Shown: positions 50,433 through 60,681 of the stretch, one piece after another
Layout: each line of letters opens with the position of its first letter
Position numbering within the stretch: the first letter of the stretch is position 1
Source: Parcubacteria group bacterium GW2011_GWB1_40_14
GTDB lineage: Bacteria; Patescibacteriota; Minisyncoccia; Terrybacterales; GWB1-40-14
Length of the DNA stretch: 64,000 nucleotides
Assembly: GCA_000996085.1 (NCBI GenBank)
Contig: LBYG01000001.1
Span: 651-64,650 of the forward strand
Direction: 5' to 3'
Notes under the pieces: generated by a model
What the model saw: the letters and a program-made list of their open reading frames with translations, nothing else
The model's database searches: none
Told to the model about the DNA's origin: nothing
Translations under genes and position numbers: made by a program

Positions 50433-50461
50433 TTGACATACATTCTTAGTTCTTATAAAAT
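50433..50461 (+). promoter_or_regulatory. sigma70 promoter of rpmA
   Basis: TTGACA-N17-TAAAAT. Confidence 0.7.
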
Positions 50462-50491
50462 CCCTAGGTAATTTATTAAGTATTTTAAGTT

Positions 50492-50764
50492 ATGTCAAAG
50501 ACAAAAGCCTCAGGTTCTACAAAGCTTGGTCGAGATTCTATATCTAAAAGACTAGGCATAAAGTTGTTTGCCGGAGAAAAAGCAAAAACCGGCTCTATTT
50601 TGGTTCGCCAACGAGGCACTAAATTTTTGCCCGGGAAAAACGTTAAGCGTGCCGATGACGATACTTTGTTTGCGCTTTCAGCAGGTACGGTTAAATTCAA
50701 AACAATAAAAAAGAAAAGATTTGATGGAAGAATGCGATTAACAAGCGTTGTAAGCGTTGAATAA
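50492..50764 (+). CDS. rpmA: 50S ribosomal protein L27
   Basis: [25 protein letters not shown]. Confidence 0.97.
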   Translation: MSKTKASGSTKLGRDSISKRLGIKLFAGEKAKTGSILVRQRGTKFLPGKNVKRADDDTLFALSAGTVKFKTIKKKRFDGRMRLTSVVSVE

Positions 50765-50781
50765 AAATATTACTTTTATAT

Positions 50782-50811
50782 AAAACACTCCGTCTTAAAG
50801 CGGAGTGTTTT
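50782..50811. terminator. bidirectional terminator
   Basis: aaaacactccg..cggagtgtttt. Confidence 0.8.
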
Positions 50812-50824
50812 GATTTATAACTCA

Positions 50825-51286
50825 TTATTCTTTTATTTCTTGAGGCAACTCTTCAACTATAACCTTAATATTTGCTTCAAGGCCGTGGTCAAAAGAAAGC
50901 AAAACTGTATATTCCCCCACTGCATCCAAAGCTTTTTCCAGCTTAATTTGTCGGGATGGAACTTTAAACCCTTGGACAGCTAAAGCTTCACTTATAATTT
51001 TAGGCGTGATACCGGCATACAAAGTTCCGTTTTCGTTTGCTTTTGCGGGTATAATAACCTCGTAATCAGCTAGCGCACCGGCTAATTCCTGAACTTTTGA
51101 AAGGTCTTGCTCAGCAAGTTTAGACAAATCCTCTTTTCTCTTGTTTGCGTCAGCGACAGCGTCGACTGTAGCAAGAACGGCAAAACCTTTAGGGATTAAA
51201 AAATTACGGGCGTAACCATCAGCAACGCTTTTGATATCCCATTGTTCGCCTAGATTATCCACTTGTTTTAGTAATATTACTTTCAT
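50825..51286 (-). CDS. rplI: 50S ribosomal protein L9
   Basis: [23 protein letters not shown]. Confidence 0.96.
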   Translation of the reverse strand: MKVILLKQVDNLGEQWDIKSVADGYARNFLIPKGFAVLATVDAVADANKRKEDLSKLAEQDLSKVQELAGALADYEVIIPAKANENGTLYAGITPKIISEALAVQGFKVPSRQIKLEKALDAVGEYTVLLSFDHGLEANIKVIVEELPQEIKE

Positions 51287-51298
51287 ACCAATAATATT

Positions 51299-51568
51299 TT
51301 ATTTTTCCGCCTGAGACCGATCGGTTTTAGGCAGAGAGTTTAACCATGTTACCTCAACGTTTATTACTTTGGCAAGAGGCGGGCCGCCGTTGCACCAGGA
51401 AATAAATTTTTCTATATTTATCCCCTCTCCCCCGACAATAAATTGTACTGTTCCGTCAGATTTATTTTTCGTTATACATTTTAAACCAAATCGTTGAGCC
51501 AATGAAAGTCCGCTAACCCTAAAAAATACTCCTTGTACCTTCCCGGAAATTAGAATAGATGCGCGCAC
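51299..51568 (-). CDS. acyP: acylphosphatase
   Basis: GKVQGVFFR, KNKSDGTV, GPPLA. Confidence 0.88.
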   Translation of the reverse strand: MRASILISGKVQGVFFRVSGLSLAQRFGLKCITKNKSDGTVQFIVGGEGINIEKFISWCNGGPPLAKVINVEVTWLNSLPKTDRSQAEK

Positions 51569-51574
51569 ATTATA

Positions 51575-52792
51575 TTAATTATTGTTTATGCGTTGCAGTA
51601 AAATCTCTTTTGCTTTTTCGTATTGAGCATCTTTTTGTGTATTTTCTGATGTTTCTGTTGCGGTAATTTCTACCGTAGGTTTAATACCCTCGTTGTTTAT
51701 CGAGATTCCATTTGGTGTAAGCCAATGCGCAACAGTAATTTTTACCGCAGAACCATCAGATATTGATTCAAGGCTTTGTACCGAACCCTTACCAAATGTT
51801 TTTTGACCCACCAAAGGAATGTTTAGGTTCTCAGATAAAGCACCGGCAAGAATTTCAGAAGCTGATGCCGAACCCTCATTTATCAGAATAATGAGCGGGA
51901 TATCCTTAAGCCATCCATTTCCTTCCGAACGCAAAATTGTACGGCTTTTATCTTTAGTTTCTTCCATAACAACAGCGGTTTCTCTGGGCAAGAACCAACC
52001 GGCAATATCTACAGCTCTGTCCAAATAGCCCCCGGGATTATTTCTAAGATCCAAAATTATGCCGGATGGTTTTTGCAGAAGTATATCTTTTGCGGCTTTT
52101 TCAAATTCCTGGTCGGAACGTTGAGAAAAATTAAACAGTTGCAGATAAGCTATATTATTATCTCTCATTTCCCAACTAAGTGAGGGTATTGTTATTTGAT
52201 CTCTTATAATTTCGATTATGAAAGGTTCGCCTTCATCTCTGATAATCAAAAGTTTAACAGGGGTATTTCTTGGTCCGCGTATTTTAGATACCGCCTGATC
52301 TAAGGTTAGATTTGCGGTAGAGATCTCGTCTATTTGTAAAATTATATCCCCCGCTTTTAATCCGGCGCGCTGGGCCGGCGTTCCTTGTATCGGCGCAATA
52401 ATAATAATATTTCCTTTACGCATTCCGATTTCTGCGCCTATGCCTTCAAAAGAACCTTCTGTATCGGAAAGAAAAAGCTTAGCTTCTTCAGGATCAAAAA
52501 AACTGGTGTACGGATCCCCTATTGAACTTACCATACCTCTTATCGCACCAAATAAAGCTTTTTCAGAATCCAATGCCGATGGATCTATGTATTCGTCGTT
52601 TAATAATTGCCATACTTTATCCAAACGAGAATGATTTAACGTGGTTACTGTTTTATTGCTTAAATTAGATGAGGCAATATAAGTTTGAATCGGCTGCCAA
52701 GAATATTCAAAAGCCATCCCAAGAACAATGGCGGATATAAAAAGAATGCTTTTTAGAAAAAACTTTTTTGAATATTTGAGTAATATTTTCAT
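51575..52792 (-). CDS. ctpA: S41 C-terminal processing peptidase (PDZ)
   Basis: GIGAEI, DLRNNPGG, SASASEI, TFGKGSVQ. Confidence 0.94.
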   Translation of the reverse strand: MKILLKYSKKFFLKSILFISAIVLGMAFEYSWQPIQTYIASSNLSNKTVTTLNHSRLDKVWQLLNDEYIDPSALDSEKALFGAIRGMVSSIGDPYTSFFDPEEAKLFLSDTEGSFEGIGAEIGMRKGNIIIIAPIQGTPAQRAGLKAGDIILQIDEISTANLTLDQAVSKIRGPRNTPVKLLIIRDEGEPFIIEIIRDQITIPSLSWEMRDNNIAYLQLFNFSQRSDQEFEKAAKDILLQKPSGIILDLRNNPGGYLDRAVDIAGWFLPRETAVVMEETKDKSRTILRSEGNGWLKDIPLIILINEGSASASEILAGALSENLNIPLVGQKTFGKGSVQSLESISDGSAVKITVAHWLTPNGISINNEGIKPTVEITATETSENTQKDAQYEKAKEILLQRINNN

Positions 52793-52819
52793 TAATTAAA
52801 ATCTAATACTATTATTTTC

Positions 52820-53647
52820 TTAAAGTTTTGCCGATGGAACCGGTTTATTTTTGTACTTACGAAAATATTTATACGCGCTTGCCGCATGGATTCGGGTTTG
52901 CTTGTTATTAATAATATCTAGAATTCCCCTGCCGGTATGGCTGGCTTTCTGGTGGTAATGATAGGCCAATGCTTGAGGAAGATAAACTACAGCAAAACCA
53001 TTTTCCCAAAACCTTCTGCACCAGTCAACATCCTCAAAATACATGAAAAACCTTTCATCCATAAGACCTACTTTATTCATGGCAGAGCGTTTCACACAAA
53101 GAGCTGAACCCATTAACCAGTCAGCGGCTAGGGGTTTATTATAATTTGCAGCCAATTCATCTTCCATTAAAAATTTACGTATAGCTTCTGCGCCAAAAGT
53201 TGTTTTAGCAAGGAACGTTCTACGTGCCATTACCGTAAAGGGTTTATAAAATTTGAAACATGAGTGTTGATGGGTTCCGTTAAAATTTAATAATTTAGGA
53301 CCGACTAACCCTACTTTTTCGTTGTTTTTAAGATATTCAATAAGAGTTTTTGCGGTATCCTTGAGCAAAACTATATCCGCATTTAAAATAAGCACATAAT
53401 CGCTTTGACTATTTTTAATGCCTGAGTTAACTAAACGGGCATATCCCACGTTATCTTTAAAAGCATGATGTTTAACTTCAGGGAACTCATCAGCCAACAT
53501 TTCTATGGTTTCGTGCTGAGCTTCTGCGTCGCTAACAATAATTTCATAGTTTATTTCCTTGCAGGTTTCTTTGATAGATCGAAGAGCCAATTTTAGTAAA
53601 TGTGGTGTTTTATAGTGTGTAATTATTATCGAAAGAACTTTGAGCAT
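52820..53647 (-). CDS. family 2 glycosyltransferase
   Basis: LNADI, DERFFMYFEDVDWCRR. Confidence 0.92.
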   Translation of the reverse strand: MLKVLSIIITHYKTPHLLKLALRSIKETCKEINYEIIVSDAEAQHETIEMLADEFPEVKHHAFKDNVGYARLVNSGIKNSQSDYVLILNADIVLLKDTAKTLIEYLKNNEKVGLVGPKLLNFNGTHQHSCFKFYKPFTVMARRTFLAKTTFGAEAIRKFLMEDELAANYNKPLAADWLMGSALCVKRSAMNKVGLMDERFFMYFEDVDWCRRFWENGFAVVYLPQALAYHYHQKASHTGRGILDIINNKQTRIHAASAYKYFRKYKNKPVPSAKL

Positions 53648-53680
53648 TGTATTAATTTTTGTTAAATACAAATAATTAAT

Positions 53681-54736
53681 TTATTCTGTAAAAATATTTC
53701 TGACAAAATCGTGCACATCCGAAAAATCTCCTTTAGTCGGCAATAGAATATAGGCGCCTTCTGTCGAATATGTAGAAAAAAGTAATCCGCCGGAAGTATC
53801 CAGCACTTTAAGATTAGGTTTTGAATTTTCAATTTTTTTAACAACTGAAAATAACTTTGTAATTTCACTGACAGTAAGGTCTGTTTTTACATTTCGACCA
53901 AGAATATCTAATAATTTAAAAGCTTTTTGTGGGCTTGCCGATAAACCCATAGATTCAGCTTTTTGTCTTATGGCAAGTATAATTTCCTGTTGTCTTCGCG
54001 CGCGATCAAAATCAGAAGTAGTAAATCTTGAACGGGCATACAATAATGCCGTATCGCCGTCCATGTGGTGTACTCCTGGTTCAAACGAAAAATTTATACC
54101 CCCCCATTGTAAATTTTCACTAAATTTTTTTGTTACATTCACATCGATTCCGCCCATTAAATCCACCGTCTCCTTAAAAGCAGTAAAATCAACAACAATA
54201 GCGTAATCTATATTTACACCCGCAACCTCAGAAACAGCAAGTTTTGCAAGGGCAATACCGCCACCGTTGCGTTGTTTTTGTTCTCCCACCTCATATGCTT
54301 CATTTATTTTTGCAGAAATATTTACTATCGGAAATTTAAGATATGTATCTCTCGGGATAGAAATAAGGGCAGTTTCGTAAGTTTTTGTGTCTATACTGGC
54401 TAAAATAATAGTATCGGTTAGTTTCCCTCCGTAAGGGTCTTCATCGCCACGAATACCAAGTATCAAAATATCTAATCTATTACGTTCTGCCGGGTCAGCC
54501 ACAGGAAATTTTGCCGCCGAAATACCGAGAAAAGATGTTATTTGTTGGGAAACTATACTGAAAGTTGAACTGGCTTTAAAAACAAAAACGAAGAATATAA
54601 CGGCAAGTATTATTATAAAACTAGCAAAAAACAAAAACATCATTTTAAGTAAAGATTTTTCTTTACGTTTTGCAGATAGCGGTGAGGTGTTTATATCCGA
54701 TTTAAATTCTTTATTTTTATCAAATAAATCTTTCAT
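53681..54736 (-). CDS. LCP (LytR-CpsA-Psr) family protein
   Basis: TDTIIL, SIPRD, YARSR..SDFDRARRQQ. Confidence 0.93.
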   Translation of the reverse strand: MKDLFDKNKEFKSDINTSPLSAKRKEKSLLKMMFLFFASFIIILAVIFFVFVFKASSTFSIVSQQITSFLGISAAKFPVADPAERNRLDILILGIRGDEDPYGGKLTDTIILASIDTKTYETALISIPRDTYLKFPIVNISAKINEAYEVGEQKQRNGGGIALAKLAVSEVAGVNIDYAIVVDFTAFKETVDLMGGIDVNVTKKFSENLQWGGINFSFEPGVHHMDGDTALLYARSRFTTSDFDRARRQQEIILAIRQKAESMGLSASPQKAFKLLDILGRNVKTDLTVSEITKLFSVVKKIENSKPNLKVLDTSGGLLFSTYSTEGAYILLPTKGDFSDVHDFVRNIFTE

Positions 54737-54740
54737 ATTT

Positions 54741-55775
54741 CTAAGATTTAAACCAAAAACTTATATCCTGAGAGTTTTTAATTCGTTTGTGTGTCATTAT
54801 ATAAGAACGTTTATGGATCGCATTCGGCAGTTGTTTTAAAAGCACAAAAAAACTTTTGGAATTTTTTGTTTCGAATAAAATAATATATCCAATAGATAAG
54901 ATTTCTTTAATTAAAATAACGGGTAGGTCTTTTAAAAACAGGACTGGCAACTCATTTTTTATCTGCATTAAGCGTTGGTTTTTCCATGAATAAAACTTTG
55001 ACCATGAAGGTATTTTTCTTCGTTCCCGTATTACCGCCATCATGTTTTTTGCGGCAGATTCCCCCGCTCCTCTGGCATGCCACGCCTTTGCTGAAGGCAC
55101 AAAAATACTTTGCCAGCCGAATAAAATAAACCGCCAGGCCAGATCAACATCTTCTTTGTACATAAAAAAATCTTCATCGAAATATTCAAATTTATTTTTA
55201 CCAATCGGGATTTTAATATCTTCCAACGCCTTTTTACTATAAACCGGCAAAGCTCCGTCAACTCCAAAAATAACCCTCATGTTGTTATATTGCCCGTTGT
55301 CTTTCTCGCCTTGACCGCGGCTAATTATCCGTCTATTTTTAAGCATCTCCAGTCCGCAAGAATCTAAAATATCGGTTTTATCAAAATTTGAACCAAGCCT
55401 AAAAAGTTTTCCTTGGATTGCGGCTATTTTTTCATCCTGTTTTTCAAATTCAATCACAACATTTTGTACAAAATTTTCGTCCATTATAATATCTTGATTC
55501 AACAGACATACATATTTACCGTTCGCCTGACTTATCCCTATATTATGCGCCGCCGCAAAGCCCAGATTGGTTGGGTTTTCTATCACTTTAAGGTTGGTAT
55601 GTTCTTGCGCTGTTTTTTTTAACCATTCTTTTGAGCCGTCAACAGATGCATTATCCAAAGCTATTATTTCAATATTACCGTAAGTTTGAGCAAATAAAGA
55701 AGAAAAACAGCGTTCTAACCAGCGCAATCCGTTATAGGTTACTATATTCACCGAAACAAGAGGTGTTTTATCCAT
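54741..55775 (-). CDS. family 2 glycosyltransferase
   Basis: VSVNIVTYN, LNQD, FDEDFFMYKEDVDLAWR. Confidence 0.92.
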   Translation of the reverse strand: MDKTPLVSVNIVTYNGLRWLERCFSSLFAQTYGNIEIIALDNASVDGSKEWLKKTAQEHTNLKVIENPTNLGFAAAHNIGISQANGKYVCLLNQDIIMDENFVQNVVIEFEKQDEKIAAIQGKLFRLGSNFDKTDILDSCGLEMLKNRRIISRGQGEKDNGQYNNMRVIFGVDGALPVYSKKALEDIKIPIGKNKFEYFDEDFFMYKEDVDLAWRFILFGWQSIFVPSAKAWHARGAGESAAKNMMAVIRERRKIPSWSKFYSWKNQRLMQIKNELPVLFLKDLPVILIKEILSIGYIILFETKNSKSFFVLLKQLPNAIHKRSYIMTHKRIKNSQDISFWFKS

Positions 55776-57561
55776 GTTTTTGAACCAGTTTTTCAATAAA
55801 AAGACCCGAGAACGTCCCGAGTATTGATGCGAATAATAACAAAACTTTGTCGTTGATTAAAACAACATCAAAAAAATTATATAACGCGATCCATATAAAG
55901 TAAATACCAAATATCGCCCCCAAAATCCTGTTATCTGAAGTATTAAAAAGTTTATTAGCGTAAAGAATAAGCAACGCAAAAAATCCGACTATCAATCCGC
56001 CGCCAACAAGACCTGTTTCTGCAGCAAAATCCAGATATAAATTATGTGCCGAAGCCCCTCGTTTTGATGCATCTATATTTTCATCTAAAACCTTAGCGTA
56101 ATTACCTATACCAACGCCCAATAACGGATACTTCAAAATTGAACTTGCGGTGATCTTCCATATATCAATTCTGGCCTTATTGGACTCCTCTGTAATATCC
56201 AGTATAGATGAAGCTCTAGCTAAAAGGAGCGTCTCATCTTCAGAATTAACTCCTTTTCCATGCGCGTGCGCGATAATGGCAGAAGAAACAGGCAAAAGCA
56301 ACAAGAACATAAACAAAGGCAAAAGCATTGTTTTGGGTAGAAGAAAATTTCCAAAAATTTTAAACCTGACCGCTAAAAGAAAAGACAGCAAAAGTATTAT
56401 CCCGGCCGCGCACAAAGCAGTAATTATAATCCATAAACTATAAGGGAATTGATATGCTTTTACTACGATATCGGTACATAAAAATGGCGTTGGATTACAT
56501 GCGCCAAAAGCAACGCTTAACGCTAATTTATTTAAAATAAAGTAAATAAATAAAATACAAACGGTAAACGAAAGAAGAAAAACTCCAAAAAATTGTTTGG
56601 TCCTGTGAAAACGGTTATTTGTAAGTAAATAAACCAACATTACGGCAAAAATAAGCGGCAGAACAGCTAACCATAAACCCCGTGTTCCGGAAAGATAGAT
56701 ATTTAAAGATAAAATTCCCCAAAAAATCAAAAAAACAAATCTGTTTTTATTCTCACGTAATTTAAACAATATTAATGCGGCACAGGCCGACAACAAGGAA
56801 AACAGTCCGAAAGAATGTGAATCCGGAAAAACAGAAAACAATCTAAGCGTCGGCGGAGAGGCCGGATAATAGGAAAACCAAGTATTGCTTTTTTCCAACA
56901 GAACCGCTAAAGAATTTCCGTAAAAAATAGGGATCACCCACTGAACCCAATGTTTCCAAAACTCAAAAAGAGATGTGAATTGAATGCTTATAAACTGAAT
57001 AAATCCCACAAATACCGAGATTAAGCCCGCGCCAAGTATACTGAAAAATATTAAAGAACGCGTTTCTTTCTTCACCGTCAAAGATCTTATAACTATATAT
57101 AAAGGAAATACGTTCCCTAAAAATATAATTTTTCGCAGACCAAAGCCCGGACTTTCTGCAACAAAAAGTGAAGCTATGGCAACGAACATAAAAATTATGA
57201 TGCACCACTCAAAGTTTAAAATTTTACCGATTATTTCTTTTGTTTCTTTGAGACTAAAAAAGGCCAGGTTGATTTTTTGTTTAATTAGCCACATTACAAA
57301 TAAATAAAAGATTATTATCCGCCAAGCGGCAAAATTATCAAAATTTTGGTTTATAGGCAGAGCAATAAAAAGCGGTATAGAAAAAATAAAAAAAGTTAAA
57401 CCTTCTTCAATGGGCAAAAAAGTTAGTATTAGAACAACTCCTCCAAAAATCAAAAAAGACGCTTCGCGATCTAAAGCACCTGTATATATAGCAAATACAG
57501 CCAGGCATTCGATAGCAACAAATAAAAACACACGTTTTAATTTTATTAACGGAAAATCCAT
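55768..57561 (-). CDS. O-antigen ligase/polymerase (Wzy_C) family membrane protein
   Basis: many TM, SGTRG, R..IW, GVGIGNY, AHNLYL..AETG. Confidence 0.88.
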   Translation of the reverse strand: MDFPLIKLKRVFLFVAIECLAVFAIYTGALDREASFLIFGGVVLILTFLPIEEGLTFFIFSIPLFIALPINQNFDNFAAWRIIIFYLFVMWLIKQKINLAFFSLKETKEIIGKILNFEWCIIIFMFVAIASLFVAESPGFGLRKIIFLGNVFPLYIVIRSLTVKKETRSLIFFSILGAGLISVFVGFIQFISIQFTSLFEFWKHWVQWVIPIFYGNSLAVLLEKSNTWFSYYPASPPTLRLFSVFPDSHSFGLFSLLSACAALILFKLRENKNRFVFLIFWGILSLNIYLSGTRGLWLAVLPLIFAVMLVYLLTNNRFHRTKQFFGVFLLSFTVCILFIYFILNKLALSVAFGACNPTPFLCTDIVVKAYQFPYSLWIIITALCAAGIILLLSFLLAVRFKIFGNFLLPKTMLLPLFMFLLLLPVSSAIIAHAHGKGVNSEDETLLLARASSILDITEESNKARIDIWKITASSILKYPLLGVGIGNYAKVLDENIDASKRGASAHNLYLDFAAETGLVGGGLIVGFFALLILYANKLFNTSDNRILGAIFGIYFIWIALYNFFDVVLINDKVLLLFASILGTFSGLFIEKLVQKHG

Positions 57562-58709
57562 TATAATTTTGATGAACCAATTAAAATATCAAGCGTTTGA
57601 GCTGCGCAATCTTTCCACGAAAACTTTTCAGCTTGTGTGACCGAACATGAATTAAGTTCTGACATTTTTTCATTATCGTTTATAGTTTTCTGCATTGCGT
57701 TATAAATAGAACGTATATCTGTAATGTCTTCAACAAAAATTGCGCAGTCCCCTACCACCTCAGGTAAAGATGCGGCCTTATTAGTAATTACCGGAGTTCC
57801 ACAAGCTAACGATTCAAGAGGCGGCAAACCAAAGCCTTCATATTCGGATAACCAAATAGTAGCATGAGCAGAACTATATAATCCCGGCAAGTCTTTATTT
57901 TCGATAAAATCTTTACGTATAAAAGCGTTTCGTTTTAATGCCTTGTTCAAACTTTGAGCTAAACCGCTAAGTTCATTATGTGAGCCATAACGATCTGATC
58001 CGGCAATTAAAAATTGATAATTTTTATGTTGTACGGCGATATTCATAAAAGCTTCCATACATTCACGTACGTGCCGGCGTTTGAACGCGGATCCCACAAA
58101 AAAGAAAAACTTATCTTCTATATCATAACGCAAACGAAGTTCCTGTTGTTTTTCCTGTTCTTTGACGGGTTTAAATTCTTCACCGGCCGCTTCTCTTGTT
58201 ACAAATATTTTATTTTCTTTAACTTTCCATATGCGCATTATTTCTTTTTTAACAAATTCTGACGGGGTTAATATTGCAGAAGCTTTTTTTGCGGATAATT
58301 TTGAAACCTGAGTTAATAAAATATGGTCCAGCGGACTGGGCCAAAAGTGTAACTCGGGACGCGCGGCATACACTATATCGTGCAAAGTTAAAACAAAGGG
58401 TTTTGTTAAAGTAAGAGGTGCTATATATTCAGGAAAGAACATTATATCAGGACGGTCGGTCAAAACGGCATCCGGTAATGCCTTATGCATAAAAAGAGCC
58501 GTGCTATTGCGCCCAAAAACTTTCGGCAATAGTTTTGAGGCAAAACCCTTCTCAGTAAAAGAAAAATCCTTGGGTATCTCGTTCTTAAAATACAGCAAGA
58601 ATTCGTGGTCTGATTTTTCTGCCTTCCACTCATTTAAAATTGCAGAAAGATACCGGCCAACGCCGGTACGGTTTCCTTCTAAACAATGAGAATCTATTCC
58701 AATTTTCAT
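57561..58709 (-). CDS. family 4 glycosyltransferase
   Basis: [26 protein letters not shown]. Confidence 0.93.
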   Translation of the reverse strand: MKIGIDSHCLEGNRTGVGRYLSAILNEWKAEKSDHEFLLYFKNEIPKDFSFTEKGFASKLLPKVFGRNSTALFMHKALPDAVLTDRPDIMFFPEYIAPLTLTKPFVLTLHDIVYAARPELHFWPSPLDHILLTQVSKLSAKKASAILTPSEFVKKEIMRIWKVKENKIFVTREAAGEEFKPVKEQEKQQELRLRYDIEDKFFFFVGSAFKRRHVRECMEAFMNIAVQHKNYQFLIAGSDRYGSHNELSGLAQSLNKALKRNAFIRKDFIENKDLPGLYSSAHATIWLSEYEGFGLPPLESLACGTPVITNKAASLPEVVGDCAIFVEDITDIRSIYNAMQKTINDNEKMSELNSCSVTQAEKFSWKDCAAQTLDILIGSSKL

Positions 58710-59644
58710 GCTATTTTTCCCTTTTTAACGGTCCAGACATCTATTATACCTTGGAGTACGGCCTTAGCCCAAGATCTTTTGATGGAAAATATAAGTTTAA
58801 ATATTTGCCATAAAAAACGCGGGAAAGTAAGCATATAAGCAAATAAAATTTGCGCCGGATTTCCATTCCTAAAAATAAACAGTAATCCGTTTCGCACATG
58901 GTAACGTATATAATTTGGCGAACCTTCTTTGCTGGAGGCGGCTCCTTTATGCCATATTTTTGCAGACGGAACCACCACGCAATATAAACCTTTGCGTCTG
59001 GCGCGTAAACTCCATTCAGCATCTTCATAATAAAGAAAATACTCCTCGGGCATGAAACCAATATCATCTATCAGACTAGCTTTAAACAACAAGCAGCATC
59101 CGGTTGCGTAAGCGGTTCTATTGATCTCTTCTTTTAAAAAACTTGTTTCATCTTTAAGCCCATATTTAATATGCGTGCCGCGCATGTTAATAGGATTTAT
59201 TTTCCCGCCTATAAACCAAATTTTATTTTCATTTTTATCGGCACCAAGGAATATTTTGGGGTTTGCAAAAGCAATTTTACGATCTTTTTTTATTCCGGTT
59301 ATTAGTTCGACCAAAAAATCCTTATCAACTATAGTATCGTTATTGAGCATTAAGATCCAATCAGCTTTTTTCTCCAAAGCATATTTGATCCCAAAATTAT
59401 TTCCCCCGGCAAAACCCGCATTGTGTTTATTTTTTAACAACACAACATTTTTTTGCGTGGAATGATTTTGAATATATTCGTTCAAACGTTCAACGGAATG
59501 GTTCGCTGAAGCATTATCAACCACAACGATATTCAGTTCCGTTAACGGAGGCAAAACAATTTCCGACAAAGAATCAAGACACTCGTAAGTGTCTTGCCAT
59601 CCGTTCCAATTTACAATAATAATAAAAATTTTAGAAAGCCCCAT
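58706..59644 (-). CDS. family 2 glycosyltransferase
   Basis: IVNWN, GFAGGNN, LNNDT, YFLYYED. Confidence 0.92.
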   Translation of the reverse strand: MGLSKIFIIIVNWNGWQDTYECLDSLSEIVLPPLTELNIVVVDNASANHSVERLNEYIQNHSTQKNVVLLKNKHNAGFAGGNNFGIKYALEKKADWILMLNNDTIVDKDFLVELITGIKKDRKIAFANPKIFLGADKNENKIWFIGGKINPINMRGTHIKYGLKDETSFLKEEINRTAYATGCCLLFKASLIDDIGFMPEEYFLYYEDAEWSLRARRKGLYCVVVPSAKIWHKGAASSKEGSPNYIRYHVRNGLLFIFRNGNPAQILFAYMLTFPRFLWQIFKLIFSIKRSWAKAVLQGIIDVWTVKKGKIA

Positions 59645-59645
59645 T

Positions 59646-60632
59646 TTATTTATACGCTTGAGTTAAAACAATACCGGGATAGTATTTTTTAAGTATATCT
59701 TCTGCTTTTGAACCTAGTGCCGCCATGCGACGAGCGCCATCGGCATCCAAACCGACGCAATGGTTAGTAGCTGAACAGGATTGGTTTTTATATATTGTTC
59801 CTGCCGGATCATCTACTCCCCCATTTAAATAAATATAGTCGGCAGTACAATATTTTCCGCCCCATACCTCACAGGCATTCTTAGTAAGTCCAGGCGCTCC
59901 GGAGGAATAAGCGGCAACAATAGGTTTATTGTTATATGTTGCAACTTGCGCATGGGTTGCCGTTACTCCTGTTACAGTATCTTTTGCGCGTAGCTCAAAA
60001 TTATATCCTTTATACCATTGGTCTGAGGGCGTATTTATTAAATGATATGGTTCACCGATTCTCTTCCCTCCTGCTTTAATATAATAGTAAGCGTATGAGC
60101 GGGCAGCTATCATGAAAGCTTTAGCGTATTCCGGCAATTCGCCGTTTGCCATTTCAGCAATTCCTTTAAGATAAGATTCTATGGGCAACTCGTTTACTAC
60201 CCAATATTTTTGTGAGGTTGCAGAATATACAATTTCTATTATTCCACGAAAAGTACTATCGTTTGTCCCATTATAAGCCAAATTTGTATAAGAATTTAAT
60301 GTAATTATACCGTTGCTGTCTTTGGGAATTATTCGTGTGGTTGTTGTGGTATCAGGAATAATATTTGTAATAATACCGGCAAGCTTATCTTCATTTACTG
60401 AATTTGTTTTAGTGATTGTATATACTGAACTTGAAGTAACTTGAACTGTTTCGCCTTGCGCAGGAGAATAAATACCTATTCTTATTTTTGGTTCTTCAGC
60501 TAAAACCGGCGCGGTAGGCGGAACAGGCGGAGGAGGAGTTGGTGGAACCGGAGTCTGTGGCGGAGTTGGAATGGATGATATCTGATTTATCGGAATTTTT
60601 GACCAGTCTATTTGACTGCTTTGAATACCCAA
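59646..60632 (-). CDS. SpoIID/LytB lytic transglycosylase-like domain (probable C-terminal part of the upstream amidase)
   Basis: VVNELPIESYLKGIAE, KA..IAARSY, ILKKYYPG; Pro-rich linker; no convincing start of its own. Confidence 0.82.
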   Translation of the reverse strand: MGIQSSQIDWSKIPINQISSIPTPPQTPVPPTPPPPVPPTAPVLAEEPKIRIGIYSPAQGETVQVTSSSVYTITKTNSVNEDKLAGIITNIIPDTTTTTRIIPKDSNGIITLNSYTNLAYNGTNDSTFRGIIEIVYSATSQKYWVVNELPIESYLKGIAEMANGELPEYAKAFMIAARSYAYYYIKAGGKRIGEPYHLINTPSDQWYKGYNFELRAKDTVTGVTATHAQVATYNNKPIVAAYSSGAPGLTKNACEVWGGKYCTADYIYLNGGVDDPAGTIYKNQSCSATNHCVGLDADGARRMAALGSKAEDILKKYYPGIVLTQAYK

Positions 60633-60681
60633 GTCTTTTGCGAGGGTTTCGGGATTAGAATAAGCTATTCCGGTTATTAAA

